A stretch of 64,000 bases of DNA from Eledone cirrhosa (GCA_964016885.1 OZ024743.1:80910001-80974000); one strand, 5' to 3'. Positions 13,524-27,482 are shown, counted from the first letter of the stretch. Numbers and translations: made by a program. Notes: a model not told the origin generated them from the sequence alone.

Positions 13524-13816
13524 AGAGAGGAAAATGACACGATCATAGACGTGCATTCGTAGATAGCGTCAGCCACACACATACACAGTCACTCACATAC
13601 ACACATAAACCATCACTCACATACCCACACATGTACACACAATCACACACCAACACAGCCACACACATGTACACATACACACATACACCGTCACTCACAC
13701 ACACACACACACATGTACACACAATCACACACCAACACAACGACCGTGTACATATATATCATTATTTTATCAATATCTTTTGATGAAAAATATCTTCGAT
13801 GAAATACTGTTATTTC

Positions 13817-13850
<34 letters not shown>

Positions 13851-13923
13851 CATGCATAGGTTTTCACGCTGACGCAACTTCATATAAAGGTACATAGTTA
13901 CTTTTAAATAATATTTACATGCT

Positions 13924-13977
<54 letters not shown>

Positions 13978-13991
13978 TACACACACACACA

Positions 13992-14066
<75 letters not shown>

Positions 14067-14081
14067 CTATATGTATGTATA

Positions 14082-14161
14082 TAATAAAACATTACGTTAT
14101 CTTTTTTGCGTCGATAATAAATATCTCCGGTGAAATATAGTCAGTTTTTAACAGAATGTGT

Positions 14162-14215
<54 letters not shown>

Positions 14216-14216
14216 C

Positions 14217-14311
<95 letters not shown>

Positions 14312-14312
14312 C

Positions 14313-14373
<61 letters not shown>

Positions 14374-14448
14374 TACGTGTATATATATATATATATATAT
14401 ATATAAACACATATATACATATATACACACACACATATATATTTATAC

Positions 14449-14495
<47 letters not shown>

Positions 14496-14604
14496 CATAA
14501 CTACACATCTTTGACTTGTATATAAAATATATACTTGCGTTATCTTTTAAAATGTTTCAGCGACTTCCAACAAGGTGTAGCTGGAGTGTTCCATTGATAT
14601 AGAT

Positions 14605-14641
<37 letters not shown>

Positions 14642-14990
14642 AACACGCACACATACACACACATACACACACATACACACACATACACACACACATATAC
14701 ATATATATAAATAATAATAAATTCTTTGGAACTGAGTTTATTGCAGACATTTTTTGGATTTGACAGCTCCCTCTGTAGTTTTACTTATTCAACAACAGCA
14801 ACATCAATGTCTTTTATTTACTTCCCCTGATCAATTTTTTTGTACGCCTTATCTCCCCCTTATTTCTTTGCTTCTTACTTTTATTTTACTTTTGTTGTTG
14901 TTATTGTTGTATTGTTGTCCCATGCTCCTCTAATCGTGGATCATTCACTCAAAATCTTATACGAGAGAATAAATCAATATATATATATGT

Positions 14991-15042
<52 letters not shown>

Positions 15043-16402
15043 GTGTGTGTGTGTGTGCGTACACTCGTACAAATATGCATGAATATATATATATATGTGT
15101 ATATATATATGTATATATGTATATAAACACATTCACACACACACAATCACACACAGTCACACACATATATGATAAATGGATATAAAAAATATGCCGATAA
15201 ATTCGTAGACAATGTAAAGTTCAACGTATAAATCTACACTCTATAGAAATAATTCATATACAAAAATTGATGTATATATGTGTGTATATGTGTGTGTGAG
15301 TGTGTGTGTGTGTGGGGGGGGGGTTTCTGTGGCTATATGTGTACGTATGTATGTATGTATGTATGTATGAATGTATGTATGAATGTATGTATGTATGTAT
15401 GTATGTATGTACGAATGTATGTATGTATGTATGAATGTATGTATGTATGTATGTATGTATGTATGTATGAATGTATGTATGTATATATGTATGTAGGTGT
15501 GTAGGTATATATGTATGTATGCATGTAAGTATGTATGTATGTATGTATGTATGTATATATGTATGTAGCTATGTAGGTATGTAGGTATGCATGTATGTAT
15601 GTATGTATGTATGTATGTATGTATGTATGTATGTATGTAGGTATGTAGATATGTAGGTATGCATGCATATATATTATGTATATATGTATGTATGAATGTA
15701 TGTATATATGTATGTAGCTATGTAAGTATGTAGGTATGTATGTGGGTAGGTAGGTATGTATATATGTATGTTTATATATGTGTATGTATGTATGTATATA
15801 TGTAGGTATGTTGGTGCGTATATATATGTATGTTTCTATATGTGTATGTATGTATGTATATATGTAGGTATGTAGGTGTGTATATATATATGTATGTTTG
15901 TATATGTGTATGTATGTGTCCTTAAATATTTGTCTTAAGCATTATCTAAAAATTATTCAACGTAGTGTGAAATATTTATGGGTTTAAAACGTATATCTTT
16001 GTGCTGCCAGATGTATCTTGATATTTTCCACTGTAGTGCAGACGAAGCCCAGATTTACACGGATACTCTTTTATTTTATAGCAAACGTCTGTGATTTTTT
16101 ACCTTCAAAATGCTGAAAATCTTTCTCTTTCTACCTTCACCTATTTCCTTCTCTATGAATTTCCCCCGTTTTTTTCGTTGTCTGCATGTTGACAAAAGAC
16201 CAACCGTCCCAAACCTCCACGCCGTTTCCTTTCCTCCACATTGAATTTATAGTTCCGTTAATAGGTTTTGTTGTTCTTTTCTCTTTGTCTTTTTCTCCTA
16301 TACGAAAGCAGTGTAATACGGCGGCTACCGTATAGGTAGAACTACTGACTATATTTCACCGGAGATATTTATTATCGACGCAAAAAAGATAACGTAATGT
16401 TT

Positions 16403-16407
<5 letters not shown>
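14082..16407. repeat. Perfect 64-bp inverted repeat pair 2.2 kb apart
   Basis: 14082-14145 (taataaaacattacgttatcttttttgcgtcgataataaatatctccggtgaaatatagtcagt) is the exact reverse complement of 16344-16407. Confidence 0.9.
15335..15920. repeat. (TATG)n microsatellite
   Basis: Direct inspection. Confidence 0.95.
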
Positions 16408-16485
<78 letters not shown>

Positions 16486-16669
16486 AGTATAACTACTGTA
16501 TTAACATCCATGGGCATCTGTTTGGGGGCGTCTCTGAAGGAGGTGATTAGGTTTTGCTATATAGGTTAGGCTGGGTTACAGACTTTCATCTGCTGAGGAT
16601 CTAAGTGATATGAAATTTGAGGACCTTCTCTAAACACAATAAGGTAAAAACATTTTAAAGCACTATGTA

Positions 16670-16900
16670 TGGTTCTGTAATTCTTGAGGGATTTGTAGGA
16701 GAAAGGTATTGACATACGGCGTTTCTTGGGCCTTTTAAAAGCTGACGGAGCCTATCTCCTCCCCAGAATACACTATATTTCTTCCAGAGAAGGATAGAGA
16801 GTAGAGATTTGAAGAAAGAGATATAGAGGAAGAATCGACCTTAGTACTAGACTGCTACTTTTTTATCGACCTCGAAAGGATGAAATAGAAAGATGACTTC
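16670..16900 (-). mobile_element. Dispersed repeat, probably a long-tail SINE variant
   Basis: Aligns by eye with 50890-51080 (tattgacatacgg.gtttct...tttcttcca.agaa). It joins the reverse complement of the SINE core (tttatcgacctcgaaaggatgaaa). Confidence 0.6.
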
Positions 16901-17027
16901 TGTATATTCCTACTCATTTGCTGTCTTCTGTGGATCACGACAGTTTCGAATCCATTATGTATATATATCACTGGTATCGACCAAATTACAATTTTGCATT
17001 ATCTGTTTCTTAATAAATATGATAAAT

Positions 17028-17068
17028 GACAATACCAGTTTCTAGTTCGTTGACCTTCATCAGTTTCT
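17028..17068 (-). ncRNA. Putative degenerate minimal hammerhead ribozyme
   Basis: Minus strand reads CTGATGA-aggtcaacgaacta-GAAA-CTGGT-A. Stem I is weak. Confidence 0.35.
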
Positions 17069-17151
17069 GCTAATCTCCACACATTTTAAAGAGAGACTAA
17101 AACTTACAAAAGTACACAACTTGTTTTATATAAAGTAGAACTTAACATGCA

Positions 17152-17335
17152 GACTACATATCACCACTAGTTCTAGATATTATCTCTAATTCTACTACAT
17201 ATTATCACTAGTTCTATTACATAGTATCACTAGTACTACATATTATCACTAGTACTACATATTATCACTAGTACTACATATTATCACTAGTTCTACTACA
17301 TATTATCACTAGTACTACATATTACAACTAGTTTT
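17152..17335. repeat. 19-22 bp tandem repeat
   Basis: TACTACATATTATCACTAG repeated about 8 times. Confidence 0.9.
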
Positions 17336-17374
17336 ACTGCAAATTTTCATAGGTTTTTAAACATATATATATAT

Positions 17375-17386
17375 AGACTGGTACAT

Positions 17387-17437
<51 letters not shown>

Positions 17438-17484
17438 TGGTACATGGTATATATATATATATATATATATACAGACTGGTACAT

Positions 17485-17547
<63 letters not shown>

Positions 17548-17716
17548 TGGTACATGGTATATATATATAGACTGATATATGGTATATATATATATATATA
17601 TATAGACTGCTACATGGTATATATATATATATATATAGACTGGTACATGGTATATATATATATATATATATATATAGACTGGTACATGGTATATATATAT
17701 AGACTAGTACATGGTA
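17375..17716. repeat. Compound repeat [AGACTGGTACATGG(TA)n], about 9 copies
   Basis: A constant 14-mer separated by variable-length TA tracts. Confidence 0.9.
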
Positions 17717-17953
17717 TGCTTTGGTCCATGACATACTATGGTATTCAGTATAGATTCATATAAGGTACACTTTGATATCATCATCACCATCACCATCACC
17801 ATCACCATCACCATCATCACCATCACCATCACCATCAACATCACCAGTATCAACTCCCACGCTGTCATCGTCGTCTTTGTCGTCGAAACAATGAATTGAT
17901 TTATGTTCAGTTTTCTCTAACTTCGGTTGTAGAAATACATCTCAAATATATAT

Positions 17954-18012
17954 ATACTCTGCTATGTATTGAGTACCTTACTTACTGTGGTTACCCCCGG
18001 TTGAACTTCTGG
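17954..18012 (+). mobile_element. Family D tail fragment
   Basis: atactctgctatgtattgagtaccttacttactgtggttacc, identical to the sequences near 61067 and 63223. Confidence 0.8.
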
Positions 18013-18440
18013 CTATTGTATTAACATTGAACTAAAACCTGTTGAGAAAGTGGCTTCCTTGTTCAATCATCTTACCAGAAGCCTAACATTATTTATGTAA
18101 GCGGACAGTAATTGATTTAGGAGCCGCAGAAATGCTGGATTTTACCAACCTTCCAGGTGTCCGGGTAAATTTTCAATTACAGATATTTTTTATTTGTTTG
18201 ACCCGAATTACTTGATCGTTTTTTTGGCTATGCGAATGATTGTTTAACCATCGTCTCAGTGTGTTTGACCTTTAAAGTTTGTTATAGCTCTGGTTCATCT
18301 GAATCATTGAGCACTTGCCACACATCTCGGAGGTTGTTTTTCGTTAGTTCTCCTACATGAATATAAAGTAGTGGCCGTACTCGAAAACAAGTTGGCAGCC
18401 ACCATGTATGTATATATATATCAGGTATGTATATATATTA

Positions 18441-18974
18441 TGTCAGGTCACCAGTTGGTGCTACTGGTAACATGTATCCCAGTACAACCTGTCTCATGGT
18501 CGGGTCAGTGGCGACTAAACTGGCAACCCCACCAAGGTTTCTTGAAGATCATGCAGGACTAAAAGCAAAACCTGACAAAGGGCAAAGAGTCAATGGTCAT
18601 CCAAAATCACCGGGAGAGGTGACCCCTTAACCTTTGTCAAGGCAGAATTCTAGGAGAAGGAAAACTCTGATATAACACCTGCAACCCTGATGGTATCCAA
18701 TGATGTTAACTTGTTCTTCTTTTTGGTAAATATCATCTTGTTTAAGAGAGTGGGACTGGCATTGTGCAGTGCCTTTGCTCACTATAAAAGCTTCACGGCA
18801 CAGGCATTGCTTTATATCTACAGATCTCTCTGCACTTGTCATCACATGGTACCATGGGCCCTGCACTATGTGTCAATAATTGTCACAAGTGTAGTGTTTG
18901 TACCAGAGTTTTCAAGTCGCTGGCTGGACTAAAAAGTCACACTCGTTCAGCGCATCGGTAGGGGTTCTCCTACA
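18441..18974 (+). mobile_element. Possible LTR-like insert bracketed by a ~60-bp direct repeat
   Basis: Starts TGT and ends ACA, with TATAAAA at 18783. 18347-18409 is nearly the same as 18964-19020. No clean target-site duplication. Confidence 0.3.
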
Positions 18975-19067
18975 TATAATGTAGTGGCCGTACTCGAAAA
19001 CGAGTTGGCAGCCACCATGTATATATATATATATGTATGTATATATGTATGCATATATATATATATA

Positions 19068-19265
19068 TATTTATTAAAATAACTGATTAAAGTTTAAGCA
19101 AAGAATCGCTGCTTTCACCCTTAACGGGATCTTCTGAAGATCTTCTGAAGATCCCGTTATTTTAATAAATATTTTCTCTACGGTTCTTATATATTTGATA
19201 TATATTTATCCTTATCGAGCCCTCTTTGGATTTTAGTCTTCAAATGTATTATTATTACTATTATT
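19068..19265 (+). mobile_element. Fold-back element family B with a collapsed right arm
   Basis: Homologous to 28941-29150. The right arm keeps only CTGAAGATCCCGTTA and then jumps to ttttaataaatat and the tail. Confidence 0.8.
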
Positions 19266-19648
19266 ATATATATATATATAAATATTCATGAGCAGTCGGT
19301 TCTGTTGATCCAACAACTGGAACACTCATTGTGGCGACTAACATAGATCCATTCCACTCTATATCTGATATATGAACTCTCATCCATCCTCATTCAATAT
19401 TCCCATGTGATTTCAGGTGACACACAATTGTGTATGAGGTCTTAGAAAACAGAATCGAAATGATCTAGAAAATTCTGTAGAGGTTGTTGTCATCAGAGAA
19501 AGTGTTTCCACGAATTGTCCCCGCTCGATTTCCTTCTTCACACACACATACACACACATATATATATATATATATATATTTATGTGTGTATGTCTATATA
19601 AATCCAATATATACATATACATACGAAAACAAAAATGTATATATACAA

Positions 19649-19722
<74 letters not shown>

Positions 19723-20808
19723 ATGCATATTTTATACATCATCTACATAATGAAGAGGTTTTACGTGTCACATCGAATAGAATTGATGAAGTATTGTGGG
19801 GGGGGGGGGTATATAATCGGTGAGTTTCTTTTTACTGAAATTCTACGTCACTTCAGGTTTGTATATAGTTACAGTGGTATATACACATATATATCAACTT
19901 TAGGTATATACACCCACACACTGACACAGGTACACTCACACATACGCACATAGACACAGGCACAAACACACCCAGAAACACACACACACACACACAAACA
20001 TATACACACAACCGTACGTACACACATGTATATATATATGTGTGCCTGTGTGTGTGTGCGTGTGTCTGTGTATGTAACTATGTATGTATGCAGGTATGTA
20101 TGTATGTAGGTATAACTCACTCTCCGTGTATGTATGTGTGTGTGTGTGTGTATATATATATGTATGTAGGTATAACTCACTCTGTGTGTATGTGTGTGTG
20201 TGTATATATATGTATGTATGTAGGTATAACTCTCTCTATATGTTTACGTATACGTACATCTATACAGTAAGTATACATACATGAATGGATACGTTACTGC
20301 ATGTGAGTTTGAGTCTATTTGTGTGAACACATCTACCACAAATGTACGGTAACTGGAAAACTGGAAAACTGGAAAATATTTCGTTTTCAGATAAAAAAAT
20401 ATAGTGTAATTTTCCACGTCCATGGAGTTCCGTAGAGAATTCAAAATGGCGTATTAATATTTCACGCGTATGTAATATAAGTGGATTTAGAAATGTCTGC
20501 GTGTAGCTATAGAGGTTATTACAAGCTAATACAAACACTGAGTGTTTATGAATTTAGAAACAAAACTCTATAAGGAAAATGCCACGGTAGCTGGCTCCTA
20601 CCTCATAAGCATCGTCAGCAATATGAAAAAAAGATTATCCTGCTCGATATATCCTTGGTTCTTTAATCCGAAACGGATTAAAGATGGAAGAATTTTATGT
20701 TCTAGGGAACTTGAAATGCTGTTCTATGTTACCTCGACGTTTGTATTTAACTCATTATTCGTATAAGTAGTAGTAGTAGTAATAGTAGTAGTGGTGGTGA
20801 TGGTGGTG

Positions 20809-20888
<80 letters not shown>

Positions 20889-21118
20889 TTCTTTGTGGAA
20901 GTGAATAAAACAGTTATAATAATGCATCAAGTTGATGCCATAAAAATGTCTCGGAACCCTAGAAAAATCAAGCTCTGTTGCATTAAATATGTACATGGAA
21001 AACTTATTCGGAAAGATTAATGCTAAGATGGATGAGGAATTATGTGCCTTTAACTTGATTAAAAGACTTTGATGCCTTAAGGCGAATGAAAAAAGAGTAG
21101 AATCGCTTTTCTTGGTGC

Positions 21119-21211
<93 letters not shown>

Positions 21212-21416
21212 TATAATATATGTACCATTGACTCCTACTTTTGTTTGTTTGTTTGTCATTTTGAACTATATATATATATATAGAAATGAAAGTATAGAAA
21301 TTGTTGTGAGCGTGAAGCCAACAGTATTTCATAATATATAAGTGATTATAACGTCAAAATGGAAAAATAGTTAACGTAAGATATGGGAAAATAATTCCAA
21401 CTGAATTAAAAAAAAA

Positions 21417-21479
<63 letters not shown>

Positions 21480-21622
21480 ATATATATACAAACTTATAAT
21501 GTGGTGGAATAAAGTTATTCTGAAACTAAATTTGTTTTAGTTTCGGAACTACTTTTAGTGGCTTTTGTAGCAAACAAAAGATCTATTTTGGAGTGGAGTA
21601 ACTTTCGGACTATACGTCATGA

Positions 21623-21696
<74 letters not shown>

Positions 21697-21697
<1 letters not shown>

Positions 21698-21865
21698 AAG
21701 TAAGAATATTTTAGAAACAGCGAGCGAGTTTGAAATTATAAATGTAAGCTATCGCCGTATTTCGACTAAAGAAATAATTAAAGAAAATTATTTAGCCTGA
21801 TAGTGGGGTTAAGACCCCTCGGAGAAATGGAAAAAAGATGAGTATTGATGGCAATAGCTTACATT

Positions 21866-21869
<4 letters not shown>
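21697..21869. mobile_element. Small inverted-repeat element in (TA)n
   Basis: tataaatgtaagctatcgccgt (21737-21758) / atggcaatagcttacatttata (21848-21869). Confidence 0.5.
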
Positions 21870-21937
<68 letters not shown>

Positions 21938-22320
21938 GTTTACATATATATATAAAGTCATAGATATATATGTGTTTTGCAACGGGTCACGTTGTGGCTC
22001 AATGAAAAATTAATAAATTAAATAATCAGAGCTATATATCATAGAATATGTCTTTAGAATCACTAGATATAATATATACCATTTCCTCTCCCAATTAGCA
22101 TAATTAACCATATACAAAATCAATTAGACCAAGCTATAAGAATAAAGGCTCCTATGAAGAAATCTCCGACAAATAACCGAAAGCAGCCCCTTCGCGGTGG
22201 CTACGATGGAGTATTTATCTAACATTTCGACAGCATGTAAAAATCGACAAAATATACAGTCAACTAAACACAATTAGGTGTAAAATTGAACTTAGAAGAA
22301 TTGCGTACATACCTAATTAC

Positions 22321-22394
22321 CTCTACCATGGTTTCATCCGTATTTTAAGACATCCGATAACAGGGAATGTCCAGAGCTTCGGAATCATCAGGAG
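22321..22394 (-). ncRNA. Hammerhead ribozyme, mirror copy in the left arm
   Basis: Reverse complement of 22435-22508. Confidence 0.75.
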
Positions 22395-22434
22395 CGAACT
22401 CAAAATAAGACATTTAATTCTTATTTTGAGTTCG

Positions 22435-22508
22435 CTCCTGATGATTCCGAAGCTCTGGACATTCCCTGTTATCGGATGTCTTAAAATACGGATGAAACCA
22501 TGGTAGAG
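22435..22508 (+). ncRNA. Hammerhead ribozyme, type I, with extended stem II
   Basis: CTC-CTGATGA-ttccg...cggat-GAAA-CCATGGT-A-GAG. Stem III is the palindrome ACCATGGT and stem I has 3 bp. Predicted cleavage after 22505. Confidence 0.75.
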
Positions 22509-22829
22509 GTAATTAGGTATGTACGCAATTCTTCTAAGTTCAATTTTACACCTAATTGTGTTTAGTTGACTGTATATTTTGTCGATTTTTACATGCTGTC
22601 GAAATGTTAGATAAATACTCCATCGTAGCCACCGCGAAGGGGCTGCTTTCGGTTATTTGTCGGAGATTTCTTCATAGGAGCCTTTATTCTTATAGCTTGG
22701 TCTAATTGATTTTTTATATGGTTAATTATGCTAATTAGGAGAGGAAATGGTATATATTATATCTAGTGATTCTAAAGACATATTTTATGATATATATATA
22801 TATATAGTTACACACAGATATTTATATAC

Positions 22830-23790
22830 ATACCTACATCAATTATCAGAGACATAGAGAACCTATCTTCTTCTTAGACTACTGTCCAAAAGTTAAATAC
22901 AGAGAAAGGAGGACTCTCTTTTCACTGATGAATAGAATATTGCAGGAGACAGTCCCTCTGTGTTACTATTTATTCTGTCATTAAAACCATTGTCCTTTCT
23001 GCTGTAGAAATATGAAGGCTATATAATTGCTACGCAGGTAGACACTAATAAAAACCTAACCCATAACTTCTTTGAGTCTGACATGAATGGGATGAAGAAA
23101 AGCCTTGACTTGGTTACAACGTTCTCGAAAGATATAGGAATGGAGTTTGGCCAGGATAAATGTTCTGATATGTTCTGATATGATTGTAAAACGGGTAAAA
23201 CTACAAACCAATCTAGCAACATTTCTACCAATAGCCCAACTGTTCCACCAATATCTGACGAGGAATGATACAGATATCTAGGGATAGAGGAGAATATATG
23301 TCTCATGATGGCATCTGTAAGAAGGAACGAATAACCAGAGTGTATATCACGCGAACGCCCTGCGTACAATACAACTATGGCCTTCAATGTGTTTGCTATG
23401 CCTGTCCTAAGACCAACATTTGAAATACTCGATTGGACACTAGATGAAATCCAAGCCTTCGATGTTAGAACCCGAAACTTCCTAACCAACACTGGAAATT
23501 TCCACATCAACAGTGACATAGACCACCCCTACCTGAAACGCAAACAGGGCGGTAAAGGCTTAATATTTATCAATAGAGTGTCACATCATATCCCTCCGAC
23601 AACATCGACGAACTACCAAGCGCAGGAGCCCATCTATTGAGCAAATCTGTCTACACGAGACAGATAAGATCATGAGAGTTGGGAAGGAGCTCCTTAAGAA
23701 ATACTTCCGGCATGACCACCAAAAATGTATATCCAGGGAAACTGCAGAGCAATACCAAATTTAATCCATAAAACATTGTGTACATTACTT
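22830..23790 (+). mobile_element. Decayed R4/Dong-like non-LTR retrotransposon RT fragment
   Basis: Reads GDSPSVLLFILSLKPLSFLL, then LVTTFSKDIGMEFGQDKC, YRYLGIEE and AFNVFAMPVL...IQAFDVRTRNFLT..GNFHINSDIDHPYLKRKQGGKGL, with deletions and stops. Confidence 0.8.
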
Positions 23791-23799
23791 ACATAAAGA

Positions 23800-24094
23800 C
23801 CTCCTTCGAATGACCATGGGATTTGCTCTAGAAAATTACCCTTCCGAGGTACAAGTCCGGGCATGGTGTTTATGTGGAAGACCAGTAGTCACCCATACAT
23901 ACCAGTCTCCCCTCTCCACGCCACAGATGTTATCCAAGGGAAAAGCAATGGCGGATACAGTTTCGCACCAGTGACATCGTAACTCATTTCTACAGCTGAG
24001 TAAACTGGAGCAACGTGAAATAAAGTGTCTTGCTTAAGAACACAACGGGTTGGCCGGTCCTGGATTGTGAATCCAACTAAGACACGCGCCTTCA
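23800..24094 (-). mobile_element. tRNA-derived SINE with a CORE/V-like central domain
   Basis: Minus strand reads gaaggcgcgtgtcttag...gttgtgttcttaagcaagacactttatttcacgttgctccagtttactcagctgtagaaatgagt. Confidence 0.7.
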
Positions 24095-24304
24095 CATATG
24101 TATTTATAAACTAGAAGTAACCAAGTTAAAATAAGTGAAGGTGTCCAGTGACTTTGGACAACAAAGTTAGATCCTAGACTGAGGGATATGTTGTGTCTAA
24201 CGCAAAACACTTTACTTTACTCCAGTCAATTTAGTAGAAAGAAAATAATAGTGCAAGTATCGAGGATTCAGTTAGTATAAGATCTCTTCGCCTCCATTCC
24301 ACGC

Positions 24305-25065
24305 TCCTACCAACCACTCTCCTACCCACCACTCTCCCACCACACCACACTCTTACCACTCACCCACCACTCCACTCTCCCACCACACCACTCTCCCAAC
24401 ACTCCACCTCCCACCACACCACTCTCCCACCACTCCACTCTCCCGCCACTCCACTCTCCCACCACACCACTCTCCCACCACTCTCCCACCACTCTCCCAC
24501 CACTCTCCCACCACTCTCCACCATTCCACCTCCCACTTTACTCTCCCACCACTCTCCCACCACTCCACCTCCCGCCACACCACTCTACCACCACTCCACC
24601 TCCCAGTAGTCTCCCACAACTCACTCACCGCTCTCCCACCACTCCACCTCCCAGCAGTCTCCCACAACTCACTCACCGCTCTCCCACCACTCCACCACTC
24701 CACCTCCCACCACACCACTCTCCACCACTCCACCTCCCACCACACCACTCCCCCACAACCCCACCTCCCGCCACACCACTCCCCCACCACTCCACTTCCC
24801 ACCGCTCTCCCACCACTCCACCTCCCACCACACCACTCTCCCACCACTCTCCACCACTCTACCTCCCACCGCTCTCCCACCACTCCACCTCCCACCACAC
24901 CACTCTCCCACCACTCCACCTCCCACCACACCACTCTCCCACAACTCCACCTTCCGCCACACCACTCCCCCACCACTCCACTCTCCCACCGCTCTCCCAT
25001 TACTCCACCTCCCCCCACACCACTCTCCCACCACTCTCCACCACTCCACCTCCCACCCCACTCCT
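24305..25065. repeat. C/A-rich degenerate minisatellite (CCACTCTCCCACCA-type)
   Basis: Direct inspection; the minus strand is G-rich. Confidence 0.9.
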
Positions 25066-25302
25066 ACCGTAACTATATTCCCACACATCCTAACATCAAT
25101 ATATCTCTACTCTTTCTCTTAAGACATCAACAGAATTTTGTCAATTCTGTCAACATTTCATTTCTTTCTCTCTTTCTTCCTTTCTTTCTTTCTTCCTTTC
25201 TTTCTTTCTTTCTTCCTTTCTCTCTTTATTTATATTCTTCTTTATTTCATATTTTTTATCGATTATAATCGATATTCATAATTTCATTTCTAGTATTATT
25301 CA

Positions 25303-25324
25303 TTGTTGTTGCTGTTGTTATTGC

Positions 25325-25355
<31 letters not shown>

Positions 25356-25680
25356 GGTGGTGGTGGTGGTGGTGGCGGTGGCGGTGGTGGTGGCGGTGGT
25401 GGTGTCGGTGGTAGTGGTGGTGGTGGTGGCGGTGGTGGTGTCGGTGGTGGTGGTGGTGTTGGTGGTAGTGATGGTGGTGGTGGTGGCGGCGATGTCGGTG
25501 GTGGTGGTGGTGGCGGCGGTGTCGGTGTCGGTGGTGGTGGTGGTGCTGGTGGTGGTGGTGGTGGTGGTGGTGGCGGCAATGGCGGTGGTGGTGGTGGTGG
25601 TGGTGGTGGTGGCGGTGGCGGTGGTGGTGGCGGTGGTGGTGGCGGTGGCGGTGGTGGTGGCGGTGGTGGTGTCGGTGGTA
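25303..25680. repeat. (GTT)n/(GGT)n/(GGC)n trinucleotide tract
   Basis: Direct inspection. Confidence 0.95.
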
Positions 25681-25897
25681 TTATTATCCCCCCTCCCCTC
25701 CATCTACTACTTCTACTCCCCTCTATCTTACCATTCTCTGTTGGTAAGACAACAAAAGACAATCTGGACTTTACATTTCACTAGTAATGGCAATCTTACA
25801 AATGACTCTCTAACACTTCGATTTCTTACTAAGCAGACTACATATCTGTTGATCTCTCTACAACATATCGATCTCATTATAATTCTCCCGTTCCATA

Positions 25898-26003
<106 letters not shown>

Positions 26004-26036
26004 ATATATATATATATATATATGTATACATGTATA

Positions 26037-26113
<77 letters not shown>

Positions 26114-26134
26114 ATATATATACATATATATATT

Positions 26135-26228
26135 ATAAAGATTCTGAACCCAACGACTGAGCTTTTGCCGTTTCAACACCTAGTTGAGTAATGGTCTAAC
26201 AAGTTTCAAACTGAATCCATTGTGATTT
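26135..26228 (+). mobile_element. Family A-related remnant: inverted arm fused to tail
   Basis: cccaacgactgagcttttgccgtttcaac is followed directly by gagtaatggtctaac...atccatt. Compare 29301-29450. Confidence 0.6.
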
Positions 26229-26229
26229 G

Positions 26230-26344
<115 letters not shown>

Positions 26345-26904
26345 GTGTGTGTGTGTGCGTGTGTGTGGTTCTGGCAATATTGTATGGTCTTGGTTGACTT
26401 ACTCGGGTCAATCACTAAGTTGGTACTTTTCTCACACTCACAAAGACTAGGTTCATTTAGAGACGGCCTTGACTTGGCTCATCCCAACTACAGTACAGGG
26501 TTGTGACAGTTGTTCTGCAGCAAATAGTGTCATCCCTTGCTCCACCTTCCCTAGTAGTTTACCGCTGTTTATCCAGGCTTACTTATTCGTCGATAGGAGC
26601 CCGCTTGTACCGCAACCAACCATAATGTCTGGGGGCTGTAAGGTATGTATGTGAAAGCAGGCATATATGATCATGTAAATGTGTGAGGGACACCTGGATG
26701 TCAGTGATCTTGTACTTAGAATCTGATGCTGAGAAGGGTGCATCTGTTAGTTGAACAAATGGCGAGTAAGTTCGGGTTGGGTTTGTAGAGCTGTAGTAGG
26801 GAAGTGCAGACGAGAAGAGTTGAGGAATTTCATTGAGACTGGGGGAAATGAATGTTTGGGGAGACAGTGGGGGTTTACAATAAGGTCGAGTAATAGTGCA
26901 CAAT

Positions 26905-27095
26905 GGCGATTTCTACTATAGGCACAAGGCCAGTAATTTGGGGGAGGGGACAGTCGATTAAAACGACCCCAATGGGTGACTGGTACCTTATTTCATTGAA
27001 CCCGCAAGGATAAAGGATTTGAAATCAGAACGTAAAGGGCCGTAACTCAATGTATATAAAACATTCTGTACGACGTTCTAGCAATGCTGTTAGTC
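26905..27095 (-). mobile_element. SINE, same family as 6160
   Basis: Reverse-complement motifs ggcacaaggccag, ctggtac, ggatttgaa..cagaa.gtaaagggccgtaac. Confidence 0.7.
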
Positions 27096-27354
27096 CATAA
27101 TATAAATGTTGATGATATTCAAATGAAGGACACGTTACAAGGACAATTGACAACATTAAGTTGGTGTTCAAATAGAATGTGAATATGGCTAACAAGTGTA
27201 TCAGGTATGGAGGTTAGGTACACAAAGTTTACAATTATATGAAGTATCCTGTCTTGTGGTACAGAGAGCCGAATACTTAAGGTTAATCAAGGAATGCCAC
27301 AGATCTACAATCAAGTTGACCACCAAAGTCTAGTACCTTCTAACAACTGTCATT

Positions 27355-27482
27355 ATCTCATATCTGAGTTCAAATCCCGCCGAGGTTAACTTTGCCTTTC
27401 ATCCTTACGGGGTCGGTAAAATAAAGTACCAGTAATGCACTGGGTAATTGGTGGCCTTGTGCCAAAAGTAGAAACAATTATT
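27355..27482 (+). mobile_element. SINE, same family as 6160
   Basis: ctgagttcaaatcccgccgaggttaactttgcctttcatccttacggggtcggtaaaataaagtaccag. Confidence 0.85.

Larger units (their letters stand above)
21972..22796 (-). mobile_element. 764-bp near-perfect palindrome with a left tail (Penelope-like inverted pseudo-LTR)
   Basis: Arms 22033-22410 and 22419-22796, 8-nt loop, about 3 mismatches seen. Each arm has a full hammerhead. (TA)n on both sides. Confidence 0.9.
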
